A DNA stretch of 64,000 nucleotides, taken from an uncultured Candidatus Saccharibacteria bacterium (lineage in GTDB: Bacteria > Patescibacteriota > Minisyncoccia > Phycocordibacterales > UBA5272). The position numbers and the translations under genes were made by a program. Position 1 is the first letter of the stretch; every line of letters begins with the position of its first letter. The stretch is from contig CAYXKW010000005.1 of the NCBI GenBank assembly GCA_964464695.1, positions 8,677-72,676 of the forward strand, in the 5' to 3' direction. A model generated the notes under the pieces. That model had not been told where the DNA came from. It ran no database searches and was given only the letters and a program-made list of their open reading frames with translations. Positions 59,053-64,000 of this stretch are shown one piece after another.

Positions 59053-60054
59053 CTAATGTATATAATTAACTTCTTTTTCAAGCTTCATCTCAATTTTTTC
59101 ATAAATTATAGTGATGATCGAATTTGCAAATAACTCAAGCTCAGATGCCTCTCCTTGGCCATAATTGACCAGTACAAGGGGTTGGTTAGGCCATGAGCCA
59201 ATATTTCCCGTCTGTACCCCTTTCATACATGCTACATGCTCTATGAGCCAGGCAGCAGGTACCTTAAAAGCATCTCCATGTGGAATGAGTGGTATATCTG
59301 GGTAGGTCTGGCGAATGCCTTCGGCCTTCGCCACATCAATAATCGGATTCTTAAAAAATGAACCTGCGTTTGGGTTTACTTTCCAGTCTGGTAATTTTGC
59401 TTTTCTAGTTGCCACCACGAGATTCCGAATTTCCTCAAGAGAGACGCTTTCTCTTCCTGCGAGATAATCCAGCGGCTTGTACGTCAACACTGGGGTTGAG
59501 CGTGTTGTAAGTTTGATGCGTATACTTACAATAATATATCTTCCTTGTTCGTGTTTAAAGATTGAATCACGATATCCAAACTGACATTCTTCATTTGTTA
59601 ATTCTAAAAAGCAATAACGGTTCATATCGTACACCCGAACAGAGACCAGAACATCTTGTAACTCAGTTCCGTATGCTCCGATGTTTTGGATAGGTGCAGC
59701 CCCAACTGTTCCCGGGATATACGAAAGATTTTCTATTCCCCATAACTTTTTTTCTACCGCCATCTGCACAATGTCATCCCACACTTCCCCTCCTCCAATT
59801 TCCAAAAAACATATATCACCCTCTTCGAAAAAAGTGGCTCCTTTAATTTCATTTTTTATAACTAAAAAATTCCTTAAGTCATTTCCAAAGTACGTATTTG
59901 TACCTTCTCCGAGAATATGAGTGCGGAGGCCTTCGGCCTCCGCACTCATGACCGCATCCTCCAACTCTCCTTCATTTCGTACCACCACCATATTCACCTC
60001 CCCACCAATCCGAAGAGACGTATATTCCTTAAGTTGGGCTCGTATAATTTGCAT
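59053..60054 (-). CDS. murB: UDP-N-acetylenolpyruvoylglucosamine reductase
   Basis: FAD-binding N-terminus (LRIGGEVNMVVV), the MurB motif NAGSFFKNP, and a C-terminal substrate-binding domain. Confidence 0.8.
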   Translation of the reverse strand: MQIIRAQLKEYTSLRIGGEVNMVVVRNEGELEDAVMSAEAEGLRTHILGEGTNTYFGNDLRNFLVIKNEIKGATFFEEGDICFLEIGGGEVWDDIVQMAVEKKLWGIENLSYIPGTVGAAPIQNIGAYGTELQDVLVSVRVYDMNRYCFLELTNEECQFGYRDSIFKHEQGRYIIVSIRIKLTTRSTPVLTYKPLDYLAGRESVSLEEIRNLVVATRKAKLPDWKVNPNAGSFFKNPIIDVAKAEGIRQTYPDIPLIPHGDAFKVPAAWLIEHVACMKGVQTGNIGSWPNQPLVLVNYGQGEASELELFANSIITIIYEKIEMKLEKEVNYIH

Positions 60055-60243
60055 CTAGTAATGGTATCAAAATTAACAATAATTGACACTTATTACCAAT
60101 TTCCAAAAAACAAAAATATCCTTTATTTGTAAAAGGCTTTATAAAAACACTCAATGTAGATGTTGCAAAACAGTATTCAATGTGTTCCAATGACATATAC
60201 AGTTCTTTCTTACTCTAGACTTTACCCGAAAAGGAGGCGCACA

Positions 60244-60924
60244 ATGAATGGAGAAATTCAAATACTCACAGTGCCGTTTGATATCAAACAACAAATCACT
60301 GACGACACATTGTTACAAAGACTCGAATTCATTGGACTCACCCCTGATGAAATTTTTGAACAAGGTGACCAAATAAGAATTGCAAAATTTCAAGAAAGCG
60401 ATTTTGGAGATCTGTCATTACCTTCAGCGCTTGAAGCAAAAAAAACAGAAGCTGATCCGCTTGTAGGAATATTTGCAATTACCACTGAAACTATCCATGA
60501 GAGGACAGTTAGCACCGTACTTGGACAACTCTACATTTACAGCGCGCGCTCGGCTATCCCATTTATTGAAGGGGCGTTTGAGAAAACACTGAGTTACTAC
60601 CGTCGGTTGTATTTTGATGAAGTTATTCTGTATTTTGGAGCTTTGGGATTAGATACAGAAAAATTCAAAAGTGTCGCCTTATCAAAAACGGCCCGAGAAG
60701 TTGAGAAGATCTTCAAAGCTGGTTTTGACTATGCGATAAAAGAGTCGTGCGTCATGGCTTTTGCATGCACACATCCGACAGCAATCAAGTATTACGTAAA
60801 TCAGCTTGGTTTTGCTGAGCTTGGAAAGGTTGATAAAATTCCAGAACTTGCAAATAATCCAGGCATACTGCTTCACGTGACACCTACCAGCGTCAAACTA
60901 GAAAGACTCTCCCTTGTTCAATGA
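60244..60924 (+). CDS. hypothetical protein
   Basis: Start MNGEIQ is preceded by aaaggagg, a Shine-Dalgarno-like sequence. No family recognised. Confidence 0.4.
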   Translation: MNGEIQILTVPFDIKQQITDDTLLQRLEFIGLTPDEIFEQGDQIRIAKFQESDFGDLSLPSALEAKKTEADPLVGIFAITTETIHERTVSTVLGQLYIYSARSAIPFIEGAFEKTLSYYRRLYFDEVILYFGALGLDTEKFKSVALSKTAREVEKIFKAGFDYAIKESCVMAFACTHPTAIKYYVNQLGFAELGKVDKIPELANNPGILLHVTPTSVKLERLSLVQ

Positions 60925-61032
60925 AAAATGAACCCTTGAAGAGCACCGAAACCAGGTGCTCTTTTTTATTATTTATTAGTGCTTAGTCAAAATAAGAAAA
61001 ATACAAAAGCACCCTTTCGAGTGCTTTTGATC

Positions 61033-61108
61033 TGGTGCGCGGTCCTGGATTCGAACCAGGGACCGCTCGAGTATCAGTCGAGTGCTCTACCAACTGAGCT
61101 AACCGCGC
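61033..61108 (-). tRNA. tRNA-Ile (GAU), CCA encoded
   Basis: Reverse complement GCGCGGTTAGCTCAGTTGGTAGAGCACTCGACTGATACTCGAGCGGTCCCTGGTTCGAATCCAGGACCGCGCACCA. Anticodon loop CTGATAC gives GAU. Confidence 0.85.
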
Positions 61109-61190
61109 ATTTTATTATGTATATCACCCACACACCCTGTGCACATTAGAACATGTCTATCGCATCTTTCGCCCGCTGGCCAAAGACGTC

Positions 61191-61210
61191 TTCGAAGCCA
61201 AGCTTCTCGA
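61191..61210 (-). promoter_or_regulatory. TCGAGAAGCTTGGCTTCGAA motif, copy proximal to tRNA-Ile (~85 bp upstream)
   Basis: Same 20-mer as 18659-18680 and 61316-61335. It contains the 8-bp palindrome GAAGCTTC. Confidence 0.4.
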
Positions 61211-61315
61211 ACTGTGTCGAAAGCTTGCTAGCTGTTCGACATCTTCGGGCTGAATTAGCAAATTCATGTCTTGGACCGAGCCGCTCGCGTCCTTCGTCTG
61301 CTGACTACGGACATT

Positions 61316-61335
61316 TTCGAAGCCAAGCTTCTCGA
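61316..61335 (-). promoter_or_regulatory. TCGAGAAGCTTGGCTTCGAA motif, copy distal to tRNA-Ile (~210 bp upstream)
   Basis: Identical 20-mer. Its flank CTGACTACGGACATTTTCGAAGCC resembles the repeat-family boxes elsewhere. Confidence 0.4.
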
Positions 61336-61365
61336 GCCAACTGCGCATTCAATTTTTATTCGTTG

Positions 61366-61402
61366 TAATACTGGCAAAATTAGCAATTTTGCCAGTATTA
61401 CA
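61366..61402. repeat. perfect 17-bp-stem hairpin (gtaatactggcaaaatt / aattttgccagtattac) with a 3-nt loop
   Basis: Seen directly in the sequence. Confidence 0.8.
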
Positions 61403-61593
61403 TTTACAATCAAAGTAGTTTAACGTATTCATTAATCTACTTTCGTATTTGATATACTACCATAAAATATAGCCATAGGAAAGTACGATATTACGCTTAC
61501 TTCTCTTCTTTTGTATGACGATTGAGATGAAACTTCTTTTACTGTAGTATAGAGAAAGACCCGTAACTTCAACCAATAACCTAAGGAGCCATC

Positions 61594-62028
61594 ATGGCCT
61601 TGATTATTTTTTTCTTTGTTGCAATCCTAGTCACCACAGTGTGCTTAATCAAAGCTGTCATCTTTGCTTATCAAGCAAAAAAGATTGACGAAAGTGTTAG
61701 CATTGCCAATCGTAGATTAAAAAATAACCTACAAGCAATGCACATAAATTGGATTATGGGATTTCACCTTACAGGAGCAACCTCAGTCGCATTGATTCTG
61801 CTTATCGTAGTCATACATGGTGGAAATTGGGGACCCCTTCCAGTTCTGTACACTCACCGTCTTTTGGTCATTGCAAGTGTCATACTGCTTGGTTCTGCTC
61901 TTTTTTTTAATGGCAAAAAAAGCAAAAAAACTCACAGAAAAATAGTGTACTATTTTCTTTTTGTGTACATGCTGACACTTACCACAGGGCTTTGGCTTTT
62001 GGCTAAACACCCCTTACTTTGGGGTTAA
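61594..62028 (+). CDS. hypothetical membrane protein
   Basis: SD aaggag precedes the ATG. 4 TM segments. Followed by the terminator at 62049-62077. Confidence 0.5.
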   Translation: MALIIFFFVAILVTTVCLIKAVIFAYQAKKIDESVSIANRRLKNNLQAMHINWIMGFHLTGATSVALILLIVVIHGGNWGPLPVLYTHRLLVIASVILLGSALFFNGKKSKKTHRKIVYYFLFVYMLTLTTGLWLLAKHPLLWG

Positions 62029-62048
62029 GCATACCAAAAAACCCATTC

Positions 62049-62077
62049 ATCGACCACACTAGTGTGGTCGATTTTTT
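62049..62077 (+). terminator. intrinsic terminator (tcgaccacac ta gtgtggtcga, then TTTTTT)
   Basis: Seen directly in the sequence. Confidence 0.8.
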
Positions 62078-62083
62078 ATTGGA

Positions 62084-62109
62084 ATAAAAAAAGACCCTTG
62101 TGAGGGGTC
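62084..62109 (-). terminator. intrinsic terminator for the minus-strand gene 62131..62358 (agaccct/ggggtct stem, T-run on the minus strand)
   Basis: Seen directly in the sequence. Confidence 0.65.
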
Positions 62110-62130
62110 TTTCCTACGAAGAATATCCTT

Positions 62131-62358
62131 TCAGAGGTCTTCGTAGATTCGTTGAACAATCCGTGCGAAGCGTCCACTGCCGTGACGATATTGCATCAAG
62201 ATTGTGCCAGTCAAAAGCGTCATCGTAAAGAAGAGACCTGCCCACATGAGCATTTCTGCCGGCGGTGTAAAGATGTCGACTGTCACCCACTTGTAGGATA
62301 CAAAGAGTGTAACAAGCGCCATGACTGCAAGAGCAATGGTATTCAGTGTACGATTCAT
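62131..62358 (-). CDS. small hypothetical membrane protein (75 aa, 2 TM)
   Basis: The ORF has its own terminator and elevated GC. Confidence 0.45.
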   Translation of the reverse strand: MNRTLNTIALAVMALVTLFVSYKWVTVDIFTPPAEMLMWAGLFFTMTLLTGTILMQYRHGSGRFARIVQRIYEDL

Positions 62359-62508
62359 AAAGAACTCCTAAGTTATCGATATATTTATTATAACACTTTT
62401 AAATACTAAAGTCAATAGCTTATAAAACCCTTCATTTACTTGACAAAAAGGACATGTTTAGTAGGATAACCTTAGAATTGTTCAATCAAATAGCATAGGA
62501 GAACTTTC

Positions 62509-62916
62509 ATGCCATCTACAAGAACACCTCGTGAGGAACTTGAGTCCAGGAAGTGGGGTATCTGCTCGACGGACCAAAAAACATTAGAGAAAATGTTTGA
62601 GGTGTTCTATTCTCTTGGACTACTTGGTCCAATTCATGAACACCTGCTGATTCACTCTCTTTTTAAAAACCGACCTCAAAAAAGATACAACGTCCCTTTT
62701 GTGGTCGTTGAATACTTGTCGAAAAATAGAAAAGAAGGTGGCTATGAATTTTTTGCTTTTTACAAACTGTCGATTACCACCCCGTGGAATTTATACCGAG
62801 AAGGTTCTAGGATGCATTCTGAAACTCTTGGCAAGTTTTTCTCTGGCCCTGATTTCACTAAACACAGACTATCGAAAATAAATACGGTAGTCGCACCTGT
62901 TCGGCACCCTAAATAA
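62509..62916 (+). CDS. hypothetical protein
   Basis: SD ggagaa precedes the ATG. 135 aa. No family recognised. Confidence 0.45.
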   Translation: MPSTRTPREELESRKWGICSTDQKTLEKMFEVFYSLGLLGPIHEHLLIHSLFKNRPQKRYNVPFVVVEYLSKNRKEGGYEFFAFYKLSITTPWNLYREGSRMHSETLGKFFSGPDFTKHRLSKINTVVAPVRHPK

Positions 62917-62917
62917 C

Positions 62918-63340
62918 TTGAAACCTTTAAAGATGGAGATACACATGGCACAAAAATTTTTGGATGGCTTTGGTAAAACACCCCGAGTTGCAACTGAGCT
63001 GACGGAATTTCAAAAAAGGCAATTAAGGAGTGACAAGTGGTTCGTTGAGTATACGAACACAGACACCCGTAATGCAATTGCCCAAGGGCTTGAACTTGTG
63101 GACCATGATGGTGATACCATTTTTTATGACGGTAGAACACTTCATGGTTTTAAGATTGATTTTGACAAAATCATGTTCATGATGGACAGCAAGAGTAACA
63201 TGGTATACGAATTTGTCGTCTACCATAAAAAACCAACTGATCAGAACTGGGCGAAGTGGAGATTGAATATGAAAGCCCCACAGGAGATTCTGAACAAGCA
63301 TGTGCGTTCTGGACATGTGGTTCGGCCAAAAGGTGCATAA
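62918..63340 (+). CDS. hypothetical protein; start uncertain (TTG at 62918 or ATG at 62933/62945)
   Basis: Followed by the strong terminator at 63355-63386. Confidence 0.45.
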   Translation: MKPLKMEIHMAQKFLDGFGKTPRVATELTEFQKRQLRSDKWFVEYTNTDTRNAIAQGLELVDHDGDTIFYDGRTLHGFKIDFDKIMFMMDSKSNMVYEFVVYHKKPTDQNWAKWRLNMKAPQEILNKHVRSGHVVRPKGA

Positions 63341-63354
63341 GCAGGTTCTGTGCA

Positions 63355-63386
63355 GGAGGGGTTCGCGAAGCGAACCCCTCCTTTTT
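63355..63386 (+). terminator. intrinsic terminator (ggaggggttcgc gaa gcgaacccctcc, then TTTTT)
   Basis: 12-bp GC-rich stem followed by a T-run. Confidence 0.85.
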
Positions 63387-63631
63387 CTATTCTCTCGTAC
63401 TTCCGCCAACATAATACAAAAAAACACCCTCTTCGGGCTTTAATTATTACTTTCATACATTACAGAAATTGTGCTTTTATTTTTCTATCTTTCTTTTGTC
63501 ACACTCTAGCGCTTGCGCGACTTTTGGTATATTTCGTAATACCACGGAAAGTGTTAAAGGATCACTTTCAAGTCCTCATCTAAAACTTAAATAATCGACA
63601 AGATTCGTACACCCTACCGAAGTAGGTATGT

Positions 63632-64000
63632 AGAACAATTTCACATTGAATTAATCCACGACCAGCTTCCGCTAGCCGTGCCTTGTTACGACTTACTCCC
63701 TGTCACCGAATTTACCTTAGTCCTGGACAAGCCAAGCCTTTGGGTACCCCCGGCTCCCTTGAGTTGACGGGCAGTGAGTACAAGAGACGAGAACGTATTC
63801 ACCGCGGTTTAGCTGACCCGCGATTACTAGCAATTCCGGCTTCATGTGGTCGAGTTGCAGACCACAATCTGAACTGGCGGGCGGTTTGAAGGATTGGCTC
63901 AGGGTTACCCCGTCGCGACCCGTTGTCCGCCCGATTGTATTATGTGTGTAGCCCAGGATGTCAAAGGGACATGCTGACCTGGCGTCATCCTCTCCTTCCT
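63632..64000 (-). rRNA. rrs: 16S ribosomal RNA, 3' terminal ~370 nt (partial; continues beyond the window)
   Basis: The reverse complement contains GCGGTGAATACGTTCTCG...CTTGTACTCACTGCCCGTCA...AAGTCGTAACAAGG (the 1390-1500 region and helix 44/45), and further upstream AGGAAGGAGAGGATGACGCCAGGTCAGCATGTCCCTTTGACATCCTGGGCTACACACATAATACAAT (the ~1175-1250 region). Confidence 0.9.

Noticed and set aside
63391-63630. Search for a tRNA-Ile/tRNA-Ala or 23S start immediately downstream of the 16S 3' end
   Set aside because: No cloverleaf-compatible sequence and no 23S 5' signature was found. Only short hairpins are present (ggtat-atttcgta-atacc; cctac-cgaa-gtagg).

Overview
The window is low-GC (~33-36%), gene-dense bacterial chromosome with short intergenic spacers and frequent overlapping stop/start junctions. 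That architecture is typical of small-genome, possibly Patescibacteria/CPR-like, organisms, but this taxonomic guess is inference only. Left to right, the window contains eight parts. (1) 1-6060: a partial L,D-transpeptidase/PBP-like gene, then a phage-derived islet. The islet holds an AbiGi-like gene bracketed by two ~94-bp direct repeats, a ParB-nuclease/DNA-methyltransferase fusion, a phage terminase small-subunit-like gene and a large serine recombinase. (2) 6095-17352: a DedA protein and a GT2, followed by a tight minus-strand operon that looks like a split adenylation-carrier-reductase lipid or acyl-tailoring pathway. It encodes two AMP-ligases, an acyl carrier protein, a 4'-phosphopantetheinyl transferase, a KAS III, a fatty-acid hydroxylase, two alpha/beta hydrolases, an SDR, an ATP-grasp enzyme and a FemAB/GNAT-like acyltransferase. 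(3) 18262-19243: an RNA and repeat island. It carries tRNA-Glu(UUC), an adjacent pseudo-tRNA-Glu 5' fragment with two hairpin insertions, tRNA-Val(GAC) whose 3' end forms a perfect 30-bp hairpin, and copies of a dispersed structured repeat family. (4) 19244-24938: a hemerythrin, sensor kinase and response regulator, then rlmH, tsaD and two P-loop kinase paralogs. (5) 25467-53150: a very large glycan/O-antigen-type cluster. It encodes a Wzy-like ligase with TPR repeats, a Wzx flippase, many GT2 enzymes plus GT32, GT10, GT11 and GT-D glycosyltransferases, and methyltransferases. Its sugar-nucleotide enzymes are RfbF, RfbG, a DegT-family 3-dehydrase-like enzyme, a TPP enzyme, GDP-mannose 3,5-epimerase, ManC and two NUDIX hydrolases. 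A ~1.8-kb higher-GC insert (IMPase plus a ~55%-GC NUDIX gene) sits inside this cluster and is driven by a consensus TTGACA-N17-TATAAT promoter. (6) 53220-56548: a secreted lamin-tail-domain protein and a VirD4/TraD-like ATPase with a ~250-aa disordered tail. (7) 56971-63340: rsmI, murB, tRNA-Ile(GAU) and small hypothetical genes with strong terminators. (8) 63632-64000: the 3' part of a 16S rRNA on the minus strand, with no linked 23S or spacer tRNAs. No CRISPR array and no complete transposon were seen.
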